From NCBI GenBank assembly GCA_035622175.1, contig DASPVV010000005.1:18509-82508 (forward strand): a DNA stretch of 64,000 bases, read 5' to 3'. The position numbers and the translations under genes were made by a program. Below the pieces are notes generated by a model that did not search any database, was not told the DNA's origin, and saw only the letters and a list, made by a program, of their open reading frames with translations. Each line of letters starts with the position of its first letter. Position 1 is the first letter of the stretch. The DNA comes from Terriglobales bacterium (GTDB taxonomy: Bacteria; Acidobacteriota; Terriglobia; Terriglobales; Acidobacteriaceae). Shown piece by piece: positions 47,510 to 58,536 of this stretch.

Positions 47510-48606
47510 GACAGCGACGGGGCAGAGGTTCGGGCCGTCGACCGAGGTGCGATCGCTGGCTCAACCGGCGGTGCCGATCCTATCGCGGGGATCGTTCTCC
47601 CCACCACCGGTGCGATCTGTCGTACCTGGGCCATGAGTTCGTCAAACTGGTCGGGATAGAGCGACTGCACACCATCGGAGAGCGCCTTGTCCGGCTCGGG
47701 GTGGACTTCGACCATCAGCCCATCGGCCCCAACCGCCACCGCCGCTCGCGACAAGGGGGTTACTTTGTTGCGCTTTCCGGTGCCGTGGCTGGGATCCACG
47801 ATCACCGGCAGATGGCTCAGCCGCTGGACGGCAGGAACGATGCTGAGGTCCAGCGTATTGCGGGTGTGATCGGCGAAGGTTCGCACGCCACGCTCGCAAA
47901 GGATCACGTTGTAATTGCCTTCACTCATCACATATTCGGCAGCCATGAGCAGCTCTTCGAGCGTCGCCGCCATGCCGCGCTTGACCATCACTGGCTTGCG
48001 GGCGCGCCCGGCCCGCTTGAGCAGCGAAAAATTCTGCATGTTGCGTGCGCCGATTTGGATAATATCGGCGTAATCCTCCACCAGTTCCAGGGACTCGTGA
48101 TCCATCGCCTCGGTCACGATTCGCACCCCGAACCGATCGCGGATTTCCGCCAGGATGCGCAAGCCTTCTTCCCCTAGGCCCTGGAAGGAATAGGGAGAGG
48201 TTCTCGGCTTATACGCTCCGCCTCGAAAAAACTGGGCCCCGGCACGGGAAACTCGCTCGGCGACCGCGAAGGCTTGTTCCCGGCTCTCGATGGCGCACGG
48301 TCCCGCCATAATCGCGAGCGCGCTTCCGCCAACGGTTGCTGTCGACCCGGGAAATCGTATAACGGTGTTGTCTTCTTTGATATCGCGACTGACCAGCTTG
48401 TAGGGTTTGGTGACACGAATGACTTCCTGCACGCCTGCCATCTCTTCCAGCGTGCCGGCCTCGACTTCCCCCTGGTTGCCGGTAATCCCAATCGCGGTTC
48501 GCTCAGCACCCAGAATCGGATGCGCCCGATACCCGAGGGACTCGATTTTTCGGCAGACGGCGCGGATCTGATCTTCACTCGCGTGCGCCTGCATCACCAC
48601 TAACAC
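47506..48606 (-). CDS. 3-deoxy-7-phosphoheptulonate (DAHP) synthase, type I-beta with an N-terminal regulatory (ferredoxin-like/ACT) domain
   Basis: [29 protein letters not shown]...[10 protein letters not shown] then [14 protein letters not shown]...[23 protein letters not shown]...[11 protein letters not shown]...VDPSHGTG. It is collinear with the Thermotoga-type enzyme as I recall it. GTG start is preceded by GAGGTG. Confidence 0.9.
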   Translation of the reverse strand: MLVVMQAHASEDQIRAVCRKIESLGYRAHPILGAERTAIGITGNQGEVEAGTLEEMAGVQEVIRVTKPYKLVSRDIKEDNTVIRFPGSTATVGGSALAIMAGPCAIESREQAFAVAERVSRAGAQFFRGGAYKPRTSPYSFQGLGEEGLRILAEIRDRFGVRIVTEAMDHESLELVEDYADIIQIGARNMQNFSLLKRAGRARKPVMVKRGMAATLEELLMAAEYVMSEGNYNVILCERGVRTFADHTRNTLDLSIVPAVQRLSHLPVIVDPSHGTGKRNKVTPLSRAAVAVGADGLMVEVHPEPDKALSDGVQSLYPDQFDELMAQVRQIAPVVGRTIPAIGSAPPVEPAIAPRSTARTSAPSLS

Positions 48607-48862
48607 GATGCCACCTCGAAAAGCTTAAGTGTATCTTCAATCCCGGGGTGGCGGCAAACCTCACTCCTTGCTCGATCCCCGGCCTTGGGCAGGTCCTGCC
48701 TAAGCTGAGTCTTTCCGATGAACCCGACGCCGAGAGCAGGAAGCGATCAAGCTTCCTCGTGACAATTTGAGGATGCGCCGCGGCGCCAGGGTGCTGGAGA
48801 ACTCTTGTACGTGCAGGCGGCGGCCGGCAAGCAGGCGGAGGCTCGTGCCCAGGTGCTACGTC

Positions 48863-49405
48863 ATGGCGTTCCGCTATTGGCTGCGGATGGCACCCCTGGT
48901 GCGGGACGTCATGCTTCAATATCAGGCGATCGTCGCCACACGCAACAACCCGGGCCAGCTGGCCTCGATGCAAAACAAGTTCGTGCGAATCTCTCTCGAG
49001 CGGCTCCGTCTTTCGATCAAGGAGTTGGTGGGAGAGTTACCGACGGAGATGGAGCAAGCTTACACGACGGCCACCTCGCCTGAGTCTGCCAATCGAGCGC
49101 GCGTTATTATCCCCACACGTCCGTCGCTTCTCAAACCTGGCGAATCGCTGCGAATCTTTATTGTGGCTCCCGGTCAGCAGGAGGTCCGTGAGGTCGAGCT
49201 GTTCACGCGCTGCCAAGGTAGGCAGGAATGGCAGGCGTCGGAGGCCACCCATGCTGGACGAAGTGTCTATGCCGCCACACTGGGTCCGTTTCCAGCCGCC
49301 GACCGCACCATCGAATGCTACGTCACCGTGACCGCTCAGTCGCTGACCCTATCCGCTCCTCCGCAAGCGCCCCGCAACGTCTACAGGTTGAATTTACTGG
49401 CCTGA
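48863..49405 (+). CDS. Hypothetical protein
   Basis: Track ORF 48767..49405. The Arg-rich first 32 codons look non-coding, so the start is set at ATG 48863 (MAFRYWLRMAPLV). No family recognised. Confidence 0.45.
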   Translation: MAFRYWLRMAPLVRDVMLQYQAIVATRNNPGQLASMQNKFVRISLERLRLSIKELVGELPTEMEQAYTTATSPESANRARVIIPTRPSLLKPGESLRIFIVAPGQQEVREVELFTRCQGRQEWQASEATHAGRSVYAATLGPFPAADRTIECYVTVTAQSLTLSAPPQAPRNVYRLNLLA

Positions 49406-49608
49406 CCCCGGGACGGACCCTATGCTTTCATGGCTGGGGCATTTCCCCAGCGAATCCCGTGCGCATTCGCTGAGCGCCTCGAATCGGATGCACCCGATAG
49501 ACTGTGTTTTGCATCTTCTATTTCAAGCCTCGCATCCATACGCTCTGGGCTGAACGAAGGTTGACCGGGTTCTGGGTGGCTGGCAAAGGATAAGGATAAG
49601 GAGAGATC

Positions 49609-50595
49609 ATGAAAGCTGCCGTGGTGCCCCAAGTGGCAGGCGGGTGGCAAGTCAAAGAGTGGCCGACCCCGAAGGCTGGGCCTAATCAGGTGGTGATCAA
49701 GATTGGTGCGAGTGGCCTCTGCTATACCGATGTGCACATCACTTTGGGACACATTCCAACCCGATTCCCGCGCGTTCTCGGACACGAACCCGTGGGTGAA
49801 ATCGTGGAGGTCGGCCCCGGGGTCACCTCGCGGAAAATCGGCGATCGGGTTGGTGTCGGCTGGGTCCAGCGGGGCTGTGGACGCTGCGAGTGGTGCCTTC
49901 GGGGCAAAAAGGAGCTCTGTCCCAACGCCGTCTCGACCGGCATCGGCCTCGAAGGGAGTCATGCAGAATACATGTTGGCGTACGCCGACGCCACCATGCT
50001 GATCCCGGACACACTCTCCTACGAGCAGGCTGCGCCCATCTTTTGCGCGGGCTACACGGTCTGGAGCGGCTTCCGCTTTGCGGACCCAAAACCGCATGAG
50101 CGGGTTGCGGTGGTTGGTATCGGCGGACTCGGTCACCTGGCCCTGCAGTATTCCAAGGCGGCCGGGTTTGAGACGATCGCGATCACCCGATCGAAAGATA
50201 AGGAGAAACTGATTCGCGAGCTTGGCGCCGACGAGGTGGTCGAGAATGGCGAAAAGCTTCTGGCTGCCGGAGGCGCAGACATCTTGTTAGCCACCAGCAA
50301 TTCGTGGTCGGCCACCGCTGACGCCATGAAGGGCATGCGTCCGGATGGCCGCGTGATGCTGATGGGGGTGGGCGAGGAGCCTCTGAACTATCCCCAGGAG
50401 CTTATGTTCAAGCGGGTGCGGTTGATCGGATCGTCGCAAAACGGAGTCGAGTATCTCTACGAGGCGCTCGACTATGCTGCCAAAGGCAAGGTGAAGGTGA
50501 GGGCGGAAACCTATAAGCTCGACGAGATTGAACGGGCCTACGAGCGCGTGGCCAAAGGTCAAGCACGATTCCGGGTCGTGATCACGCCGAATTAA
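49609..50595 (+). CDS. Zinc-dependent alcohol dehydrogenase (MDR family)
   Basis: MKAAVV...GLCYTDVHI...GHEPVGEIVEVG...CGRCEWCLRGKKELC (structural Zn)...VAVVGIGGLGHLALQ (Rossmann). Strong SD: AAGGAGAGATC. Confidence 0.9.
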   Translation: MKAAVVPQVAGGWQVKEWPTPKAGPNQVVIKIGASGLCYTDVHITLGHIPTRFPRVLGHEPVGEIVEVGPGVTSRKIGDRVGVGWVQRGCGRCEWCLRGKKELCPNAVSTGIGLEGSHAEYMLAYADATMLIPDTLSYEQAAPIFCAGYTVWSGFRFADPKPHERVAVVGIGGLGHLALQYSKAAGFETIAITRSKDKEKLIRELGADEVVENGEKLLAAGGADILLATSNSWSATADAMKGMRPDGRVMLMGVGEEPLNYPQELMFKRVRLIGSSQNGVEYLYEALDYAAKGKVKVRAETYKLDEIERAYERVAKGQARFRVVITPN

Positions 50596-50736
50596 CCGAG
50601 TTGTAGGCCATTTGGGTTAGCCCTTTTTACGGGTGTAGTTGCTCTCTACCAGAAAATTTCAGTCAGCAGTACAGTCTTTCTTACATAGCAACACTGGTTA
50701 GGTTCAAGTACAGTTGGCCCAGTCGTGGAGGGAAAT

Positions 50737-51243
50737 ATGAAGCAAGGTATTCTGATCACATTGACGGTGGTTCTGTTCGGAGTGGGTTCGCTGCTGGCGC
50801 AGTCACGTTCCGCAGCGGATCCTTATAACCAGCCTCTGGCACGAGGTGGCGGAGCCTCGACAGTCAGCACGACGCTTCCGCCCGATGCCGCGCAGCAGCA
50901 ATTAGTAGAACAAAATCTGAAAGATGTTCATTTCGATTTTGACCGCGCCGATTTGCGGCCGGATGATCGTTCTTCCTTGGAGACGGATGCGCGATGGTTG
51001 AAGGATCATCCCGACGTGATCATCACCATCGCAGGGGATGCCGACGAGCGTGGGGAGATTGTTTACAATCTCGTGCTCTCGGACGAGCGGGCAACCACGG
51101 TGAAGGATGCCCTGGTGGCGCTTGGGGTTCCGGCCGACCAGATTGTGCATTCCGTCGGATGGGGGAAGCTCTATCCGGTGTGCTCGGAATCCGACGAAGG
51201 TTGCTGGAGCCAAAATCGCCGCGCCCACTTCAACGCCTGGTAG
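50737..51243 (+). CDS. OmpA-family peptidoglycan-binding protein (Pal-like)
   Basis: Signal peptide MKQGILITLTVVLFGVGSLLAQS. VHFDFDRADLRPD...ITIAGDADERGEIVYNLVLSDERATTVKDALVALGV...NRRAHF. ATG is preceded by GGAGGGAAAT. Confidence 0.85.
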   Translation: MKQGILITLTVVLFGVGSLLAQSRSAADPYNQPLARGGGASTVSTTLPPDAAQQQLVEQNLKDVHFDFDRADLRPDDRSSLETDARWLKDHPDVIITIAGDADERGEIVYNLVLSDERATTVKDALVALGVPADQIVHSVGWGKLYPVCSESDEGCWSQNRRAHFNAW

Positions 51244-51295
51244 GCAGGTGAAAGGCAGAATCGCACTGCTCGGTTGGCCCAGACCCCGGGAGGGA

Positions 51296-53545
51296 TCAGG
51301 GATTGGGTGACGACGTGCGCAGCAGCGAGGTCTGCCCGCGTTCGAGACTGCGAAGCAGAAAATACTCGTTGAAGGGCCGGTCATCTTGCATGGCGGGGGT
51401 CTCAGGGGAGGCGGCGATCATTTCCGCCGGCGATCGCTCTCCCAACAGCACGGACAAAAAGATGTGCTCAGCATCAAGGAATGGCAGCCATTCCTGAATG
51501 TCGCGCACGGCGGAAGCGGGCATGCGCTGCGCCAGCTCAACCGGTGAGCGCTGCGGGATGGGACTGTCGCTCGCGAGAAAGTGGTAGCCCCATTGCGGGC
51601 TGTAAGCGAAGACTCGCACGTAAGCGAACGACTCGGTCAGAGCCCGCGTGACCGAAGCCCGGGTCTCGGGGTCTCCTTCGGGCAGCCATTGCTGCAAAAT
51701 CCCGCCCGGGGCCAAGCGCTGTCGGATGATCGCATAGAACTCCTTGGTGTAGAGAAGGCTCGATCCGGCCGCGTGGAGTGGGAGTGGAGGGTCCACGGTG
51801 ACGACGTCGTAGTGCGCCGATGAGCGCTCCAGATAGCGGCGCCCGTCATCGATCACAATGTTCGACCGGGGGGAACTGAGCAGTTGGCCGGCGTCGGGAT
51901 GGAAATAAGGAAACATCTTGGGCAGGCTGGGCACCAGTTCGGCTGCGGTTGCCGAAATACCCCAGGAGAGCAACGAGCGATAGCTCGTGCCCATACCAAA
52001 ACAGATCACCAGGGCGCTTTGCGGCGGGTGGTTGAGGAAAACTAGCGGAAGGTGAGCCATCATTTTCGTGATCTGCGTAAGTCCCGTCACGCCGACTCCA
52101 TTGACCAGAAGGCGCTTTTGCATGCCCTGGCCATAGGCGATGACGGTCGCCGTGTTGTCACGCAGGATCCAACTGCCCGCCGGGAATGTTTCCTCATAGT
52201 CCCGCGCCAGGACCACCAAGAGCAAGGCTTCCGCCAGCAGCGCATAGGAGAGTGCCTTCTTGCCACGCGAAGCCGGTTCGATCGTGGATGACCAAGCCGG
52301 GGAGGCCGCCATGGCCAACCACGGCAACGAGAAAACGGCTTGCACCCAGTGCTCGGTCAAGTAGGGAAGGAGCAGAAAGCCGGCAAGTAACGGGCCAAGA
52401 ATACACCCCAGCACATTCACGGCGTACGCGGTTCCAGCGCGGTCGGGATCGCCTCTTGACCAGCGATCCACGAGCAGTGGAGTAATAAATCCCAAACCAA
52501 GGGAAAACGGGCCGATTCCCAACAGGACTCGAATTGGTGGGGCAAGCGCAAGGTGGGGATCCGCCATCACCACCGGCAAAACCGCGAACAGTCCCAGCAA
52601 AGCCCAGGTCAAACGTCCTTCGAACTGATTCCTCCGCATGCGCTGGCGATAGAGGCAGGAACCTAGGAAGGTCGAGGCAAAATAAACCGCCAGGATGAGA
52701 GCGAACGAGTACACCATAGTCCCCAAGTAGGGGGTGAATTGCCGGATCCAAACGACCTCCATGCCCATACTGGTCAAGCCGGTCAGGAACAACAGGATCA
52801 GGGCACGGACATCTTTCGAACCGGAGGGGCGGGCAGGAGTGGCATCGGCAGTCGGGCTGACGGGAATGGTTGCGGGTGCTTCGTAGCGTGTGGAGAGCGC
52901 AAGAGCGGAAATGCCAAGAAGAAAGTTGAGCATCATGCCTACACCGAGCGTTCCATGAAACCCAATGATCTCTATGAACAACGGCGGTAGCAGGGCACCA
53001 CCCACCGCGCCGGACACGTTGGAGAAGTACAGATAGCTGAAGGATTTCGAGGACTCTGCTTGGAAGCTGCAGCGGATGGCGAGCATGCCAACGGGAATCG
53101 TAGCGCCCATGCAGGCGCACCAGGGGATCAGAGCGATGGCCACGCATAGGCCCGAAGCGAAGTAGAAGGCAGCCGAAGACGAGAGTCCGACCCATGCAAG
53201 AAGCGCTCGGCCCCAAAGCAGTTCGTGGGGCACCAGCAGGGCTGATGATCCGATCAGAAACTGGGTCGCCGCATAGATCCGCAGCGCCGGCAGCACGGTC
53301 CGGTTCTCATATCGTCGCATCAGGCGTCCGCCAACCCAAGAGCCCAGGCCAAGCCCGGCCATGAACATGGAAAGGACGATCGAGACCATGGCGCTCGTAA
53401 CCCCGAATTGGGCCACGGCGAGCCGCAGCCAGACGACCTCATAGAGAACGCCGCAGAAGCCCGATACGAGAAAAAATAGAAAGAACCACAACATGAGCAG
53501 CCTCCGGGGACACAGAGGCCGCTGCATCTCCGGTGATGCGTTCAT
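51296..53545 (-). CDS. Fused MFS-like membrane domain / spermidine-synthase-like protein (second copy in the window)
   Basis: FFLVSGFCGVLYEVVWLRLAVAQFGVTSAMVSIVLSMFMAGLGLGSWVGG. C-terminal domain: ALVICFGMGTSYRSLL...AAELVPSL...NIVIDDGRRYL...YDVVTVDPPLP. Confidence 0.8.
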   Translation of the reverse strand: MNASPEMQRPLCPRRLLMLWFFLFFLVSGFCGVLYEVVWLRLAVAQFGVTSAMVSIVLSMFMAGLGLGSWVGGRLMRRYENRTVLPALRIYAATQFLIGSSALLVPHELLWGRALLAWVGLSSSAAFYFASGLCVAIALIPWCACMGATIPVGMLAIRCSFQAESSKSFSYLYFSNVSGAVGGALLPPLFIEIIGFHGTLGVGMMLNFLLGISALALSTRYEAPATIPVSPTADATPARPSGSKDVRALILLFLTGLTSMGMEVVWIRQFTPYLGTMVYSFALILAVYFASTFLGSCLYRQRMRRNQFEGRLTWALLGLFAVLPVVMADPHLALAPPIRVLLGIGPFSLGLGFITPLLVDRWSRGDPDRAGTAYAVNVLGCILGPLLAGFLLLPYLTEHWVQAVFSLPWLAMAASPAWSSTIEPASRGKKALSYALLAEALLLVVLARDYEETFPAGSWILRDNTATVIAYGQGMQKRLLVNGVGVTGLTQITKMMAHLPLVFLNHPPQSALVICFGMGTSYRSLLSWGISATAAELVPSLPKMFPYFHPDAGQLLSSPRSNIVIDDGRRYLERSSAHYDVVTVDPPLPLHAAGSSLLYTKEFYAIIRQRLAPGGILQQWLPEGDPETRASVTRALTESFAYVRVFAYSPQWGYHFLASDSPIPQRSPVELAQRMPASAVRDIQEWLPFLDAEHIFLSVLLGERSPAEMIAASPETPAMQDDRPFNEYFLLRSLERGQTSLLRTSSPNP

Positions 53546-53669
53546 CTGAGCATAGCCTCAGCTTGGCAGCAATGACGCACTTGGATTGGACGGTACGAGA
53601 GTAATCGCCCACCGGCGAGGGAAACTGGAGCCCGGAGAATAGGCCGGCGGCCCCGGCTATACTTTCTTC

Positions 53670-54605
53670 ATGCCCCGTTCGATTGCCCGCGAGCAGGACA
53701 TTCTCAGACTCGTGCCGCGCCAACGCCCTCTGCCTCAGGGCTCTCCGAGGATTGGCATTCATACCTCGGCGGCCGGCGGCGTCGAAAATGCCGCTGAGCG
53801 TGCCTATCGCTTAGGATGCAACACCTTGCAAATCTTTTCCTCGAGCCCTCGCCGGTGGGCTCCGGTCCATTTGAGCTCTCGGCAATGCGACGAAATGCGC
53901 CGCCTGCGAGAGCAATACAATCTGAAGCCGTTGGTGATCCACACCAACTATTTGGTGAATCTAGCGGCAACGAGCGAGCTCGTGCGGAAGAGGTCGATCC
54001 AGGCGTTTCGGGGGGAAGTCGAGCGTGCCCTGGCCCTGGGCGCCGAATATCTGGTCTTGCATCCCGGCTCATTCCGGGGCACAGATCGCGAAGCGGGAGT
54101 ACGGCAGACGGCGGCCGCCATGGCCGCAGCCACCGAACAGCTTGATCTCGCCAAGGGCAATCTCACCATTCTGGTCGAAAATACAGCCGGCGCAGAATAC
54201 TCGTTGGGAGGCAACTTCGAGCAGGTAAGTGAGCTCTTCGATCGACTGCAAGGTATACTTCCGGTTGCTGCCTGTATGGATACCTGCCATCTGCATGTCG
54301 CGGGATACGATATCGTGACGGTCGTCGGGTTCGGCCACACGCTGGCACGCTTAGAAGCGACGATCTCGTTGAAGAGGGTCCGGGTGTGGCATTGCAATGA
54401 TGCTAAGGCTGCGCGTGGATCGCGGCTCGACCGGCACCAGCATATCGGGAAGGGAACGATCGGCTTGGAACCATTCCGCCGGTTACTGAACGATCCCCGC
54501 CTGGGTCACGCCGCTTTCATTGCTGAAACTCCGATCGATAGGCCGGGAGACGACAAACGAAACGTGGCGACGCTCAGAAGGCTGGTCGGAGCAAAGGCCA
54601 GATAA
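53670..54605 (+). CDS. nfo: Deoxyribonuclease IV (endonuclease IV)
   Basis: [39 protein letters not shown]...LVLHPGS...ILVENTAG...[11 protein letters not shown]. The N-terminus is about 25 aa longer than usual, so the start is uncertain. Confidence 0.88.
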   Translation: MPRSIAREQDILRLVPRQRPLPQGSPRIGIHTSAAGGVENAAERAYRLGCNTLQIFSSSPRRWAPVHLSSRQCDEMRRLREQYNLKPLVIHTNYLVNLAATSELVRKRSIQAFRGEVERALALGAEYLVLHPGSFRGTDREAGVRQTAAAMAAATEQLDLAKGNLTILVENTAGAEYSLGGNFEQVSELFDRLQGILPVAACMDTCHLHVAGYDIVTVVGFGHTLARLEATISLKRVRVWHCNDAKAARGSRLDRHQHIGKGTIGLEPFRRLLNDPRLGHAAFIAETPIDRPGDDKRNVATLRRLVGAKAR

Positions 54606-54738
54606 GAGAGGATTGGGTGCGGGCCCGGCCTGGCCTCGAGGAAAACAGTTCCGGCATCGGTGCTTTGGTCGCCGACAGCCGCATCGGTCCCGTTCTCATT
54701 GTAAAATTGCAGTCTATCCTGGCGATCTGATCTTGCAT

Positions 54739-57336
54739 ATGCCGCAGGAAGACACGACATCCTTGGCCCACAGCCGCGATTCCCACAGCGAGCCGCGCTA
54801 CGACGCGCAACGTATCGAGAACCGGTGGTTCGAACGCTGGCAACAGGATCCGTCCCTCTATGCGGCCGAACCAAGCTCCACCAAACCCAAGTACTACGTG
54901 CTTGAAATGCTGCCCTATCCTTCGGGCGCGCTGCATATGGGCCACGTTCGCAATTATGCCATCGGCGATGCGCTTGCCCGCTACATGTGGATGAATGGCT
55001 ATAACGTATTGCACCCCATGGGTTGGGATGCGTTCGGGCTCCCCGCCGAGAACGCTGCCATTTCCGCCGAAACCCCGCCGCGCCAGTGGACGCTTCGCAA
55101 TATCGAGAACATGAAGCAGCAAATGAAGCGCTTGGGCTTCGCCTACGACTGGACCCGGGAGGTGACGACTTGCCTGCCCGAGTACTACCGCTGGAATCAG
55201 TGGTTTTTCTTGAAGCTTTACGAAAAGGGGCTCGCCTACCGCAAAAAGAGCAAGGTCAACTGGTGTCCAAAGTGCGCCACCGTCTTGGCGAACGAGCAGG
55301 TGGTCGACGGCTGTTGCTGGCGCCACGAAGACACCCCCGTCGAACAACGGGAACTCGAGCAGTGGTTTCTGCGCATCACCGAGTATGCCGCTGAGTTGCT
55401 TCGCGATTTGGACAAACTCAGCGCCTGGCCGGAGCGAGTTCGCACCATGCAACGGAACTGGATCGGCCGGAGCGAAGGTACCTTGGTGGAGTTCCGGCTG
55501 GAGGGGCAGGGTGGCCCTGCGGGTTCAAAAATTCCCGTCTTTACCACCCGCATCGACACGATCTATGGTGCGACCTCGGTGCAACTTGCACCGGAACATC
55601 CGTTGGTGGCTGATTTTATCGCCCAAGACGCCAACCTCGGCGGGAAGGTAGGTCAGCTGGCGGCGGAACAGCGCAAAGCAAAAGAAACCGGTGACCTCGG
55701 CAGCATAGCAAAGCATGGCGTCAACACCCACCGGTTTGCCCTCAATCCTTACAGCGGCGAGCGGCTTCCCATCTGGATCGCGAATTACATCCTGACCGAT
55801 TACGGCACGGGCGCGATCATGAGTGTGCCCGCCCACGACGAGCGCGATTACGATTTCGCCAAGAAATACAGCTTGCCGATCCGGCTCGTCATCGTTCCCC
55901 AGACCGCGGATCCAGAAGAGACCATGGCGGACCCGTCGCTACCCTTCACCGGCTGCGATGGAATCCTGGTGAACTCTGGACCGTTCAGCGGTCTCAGCTG
56001 TGAGCAGGCGATGCCGACGATGGCAGCGCATGCCGAAATGGGTGGCTTCGGCCAGGCGGCCGTGACCTATCGCTTGAAGGACTGGGGCATTTCCCGGCAA
56101 CGTTACTGGGGCACACCGATCCCGGTCGTTTATTGCGAGAAGGACGGCATCGTTCCAGTTCCCGAGCAGAACCTGCCGGTGCTCTTGCCGGAAAATGTCG
56201 AGATTACCTTGGCCGGCGGCTCGCCTCTCGCCCGGGTTGCGGAATTTGTCCAAACCAGCTGCCCGAAATGCGGTGGCCGGGCGCGCCGCGAAACCGATAC
56301 CATGGACACTTTTGTCGATTCCTCCTGGTACTTCTACCGCTACACTGATCCGCACGACGGCCAGGCGCCCTTTGATGCGAACATTGTTTCCTACTGGTTC
56401 CCCATTGATCAGTACATTGGGGGGGTTGAGCATGCGATCTTGCATCTCATTTATTCCCGCTTCTGGACAAAATTCATGCGCGATATGGGTTTGGTCAAAA
56501 ACGACGAGCCGGTGGAGCGCCTCTTTACCCAGGGCATGGTGATCAAAGAAGGCGCCAAGATGTCCAAAAGCCTAGGGAATATCGTTTCTCCCGATGATAT
56601 GGTCCGCCGCTTCGGTGCCGACAGCGCGCGTTTGTACAGTTTGTTTGCCGCGCCGCCCGACCGAGATCTTGATTGGAAGGACGACGGTATCGCGGGAATC
56701 TATCGATTTCTGGGCAAGGTGTACAGATTCGTATGGCGCAACGCCGCCGCGCAGCGCGCAGAAACGCACACCTTCGTTGCCCCCGGCCCGGGCCGAGAGA
56801 CCCCGGCTGCCACGCCTCTCCAGCCCGAGGCGCGGGCGATGCAGCGCAAGCTTCATCAGACCATTCGCCGCGTCAGCGAGGATTTTCAGGGGCGCTGGCA
56901 CTTTAACACGTCGATCGCCGCCATCATGGAGTTGGTGAACCAGTTGCATTCCTTCGAAGAGGTGGTGAGCCCGGCACCCTCGCCCGCCAATCTCGCCCTT
57001 TTGGCCGAAGTGCAGCGCAACCTGGTGGTGCTTCTTGCCCCCTTTGCCCCCTACCTGGCCCACGAACTGTGGGAGATGCTGGGGGAGAAGGAAAGCCTGT
57101 TGCGGGTCCCCTGGCCCAAGTACGATCCGGTGCTGGCGAAGGAAGAAGAGATTGAGATTCCGGTTCAGGTTAACGGTAAGTTGCGCGCCTTGGTCCTGGT
57201 GGCTGCGGGCGCGTCCGAGGACACAATTCGCGACACGGCCCTCGAGGACGCCAAGATCAAGACCGCAATCGCAGGCAAGGCGGTGGCAAGAATCGTGGTT
57301 GTTCCCGGCAAACTGGTTAACATTGTCGTCCAATGA
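54739..57336 (+). CDS. leuS: Leucine--tRNA ligase
   Basis: [12 protein letters not shown]...[23 protein letters not shown] (HIGH-type motif)...KMSKSLGN (KMSKS). Start set at ATG 54739; the track ORF extends 73 codons upstream into nfo. Confidence 0.96.
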   Translation: MPQEDTTSLAHSRDSHSEPRYDAQRIENRWFERWQQDPSLYAAEPSSTKPKYYVLEMLPYPSGALHMGHVRNYAIGDALARYMWMNGYNVLHPMGWDAFGLPAENAAISAETPPRQWTLRNIENMKQQMKRLGFAYDWTREVTTCLPEYYRWNQWFFLKLYEKGLAYRKKSKVNWCPKCATVLANEQVVDGCCWRHEDTPVEQRELEQWFLRITEYAAELLRDLDKLSAWPERVRTMQRNWIGRSEGTLVEFRLEGQGGPAGSKIPVFTTRIDTIYGATSVQLAPEHPLVADFIAQDANLGGKVGQLAAEQRKAKETGDLGSIAKHGVNTHRFALNPYSGERLPIWIANYILTDYGTGAIMSVPAHDERDYDFAKKYSLPIRLVIVPQTADPEETMADPSLPFTGCDGILVNSGPFSGLSCEQAMPTMAAHAEMGGFGQAAVTYRLKDWGISRQRYWGTPIPVVYCEKDGIVPVPEQNLPVLLPENVEITLAGGSPLARVAEFVQTSCPKCGGRARRETDTMDTFVDSSWYFYRYTDPHDGQAPFDANIVSYWFPIDQYIGGVEHAILHLIYSRFWTKFMRDMGLVKNDEPVERLFTQGMVIKEGAKMSKSLGNIVSPDDMVRRFGADSARLYSLFAAPPDRDLDWKDDGIAGIYRFLGKVYRFVWRNAAAQRAETHTFVAPGPGRETPAATPLQPEARAMQRKLHQTIRRVSEDFQGRWHFNTSIAAIMELVNQLHSFEEVVSPAPSPANLALLAEVQRNLVVLLAPFAPYLAHELWEMLGEKESLLRVPWPKYDPVLAKEEEIEIPVQVNGKLRALVLVAAGASEDTIRDTALEDAKIKTAIAGKAVARIVVVPGKLVNIVVQ

Positions 57337-57420
57337 AAGAAGGAACGCCGGCTCGGGAACCCCGCCGGCGCTTCCCCTGACCCTGCGGAGTTCGTCGCGC
57401 TGGGCGTTGGTCCGGAGATA

Positions 57421-58470
57421 ATGCTGGCTCGGATGGCATCGCGCTCTCCCACGCTCGCAGGCTTCCGCCTCATGTTGCAGCGGCCCTCGGTCGGCCTGGC
57501 AGAGATCGCTTGGCGTTGGAGTTTCGGTGCGGCTTGCGGGACGCTCCTTCTGGTCTCCTGTATCGAATACCTGGAAACCTTACCGGTCGATGCCGCTGAT
57601 TGGCTGCTGTTGAGGACCAGGCAGCCGGTGCTGATTGCGCATGCTCTAGCCCACATCTTTAGCGGCAGTGCCGTGCGGGCGATCGAAGCCTTGGTAGTGC
57701 TGGCTGTGACCTTTGCCGTCACCTGGATAGGCTTGGCCTCGCTCGGCCGGGCAGCGACCATCCAATCCTTGCTGATCTACTTGAGCGAAAGAGGGACCTC
57801 ACGGTCCATCCAGGGCGATGGGGAGGAACTGAGCCCGTCTCCCCTGACGTCGCTTTGGGGTCTCAACTTCCTTCGGGTCGCGGTGACCCTGGCCGCAGGC
57901 GTGGGGTGTCTGGCCGCAGTCCTGGTGGCTGGTGGCGCATTTCCGGCCCACAATTCCACACCGGCTGCGGCCTTTCTCCTCTTTCTGTGGGTCCTGACGC
58001 CGGTGTGGTTGGCTTGGTCGGTTACGAATTGGTTTCTTTCTGTGGCCGCGGTCTTCGTCGTGGTCAAAGCGCGGGATACATTTGCGGCCATTGCCGCGGC
58101 CGTCGATCTGGTCCGCCATCGCCCGGCCTCGGTTTTCGCGACTGGGATCTGGTTCGCCTTGGCGCACATCGCGGCATTCGTGGCGGCTGCCTCGCTCGTG
58201 GCATTCCCCTTAGGACTGGCTGAATTTCTTCCCCGGGGGGCCCTGGTTGGCGGGGTCGCGTTGGTGGCGCTTCTCTATTTTGCCGCAGCGGATTTTCTCT
58301 ACATCGGCCGTCTGGCGGCGTATGTGGGAATTGTCGAATGGCCGGGAACGCCCCGGTTCGCCGGCGCAGTTCCGCCGATCAGCCTAAGCAGCCCGGATTC
58401 AGCACCGACAACCGCCTCGGCCGTGGACCCCGACGAGCTGATTCTGAGTGACGCTCAAGACGAGAACTGA
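57421..58470 (+). CDS. Hypothetical polytopic membrane protein
   Basis: 349 aa with about 7 hydrophobic segments. ATG is preceded by GGAGATA. No family recognised. Confidence 0.6.
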   Translation: MLARMASRSPTLAGFRLMLQRPSVGLAEIAWRWSFGAACGTLLLVSCIEYLETLPVDAADWLLLRTRQPVLIAHALAHIFSGSAVRAIEALVVLAVTFAVTWIGLASLGRAATIQSLLIYLSERGTSRSIQGDGEELSPSPLTSLWGLNFLRVAVTLAAGVGCLAAVLVAGGAFPAHNSTPAAAFLLFLWVLTPVWLAWSVTNWFLSVAAVFVVVKARDTFAAIAAAVDLVRHRPASVFATGIWFALAHIAAFVAAASLVAFPLGLAEFLPRGALVGGVALVALLYFAAADFLYIGRLAAYVGIVEWPGTPRFAGAVPPISLSSPDSAPTTASAVDPDELILSDAQDEN

Positions 58471-58536
58471 TTCCCCGAGCGGCTGGTACCGGATGCCTGC
58501 CCGCTTCGGCCCCGCCCGCTGGTTCATCTTTACACC

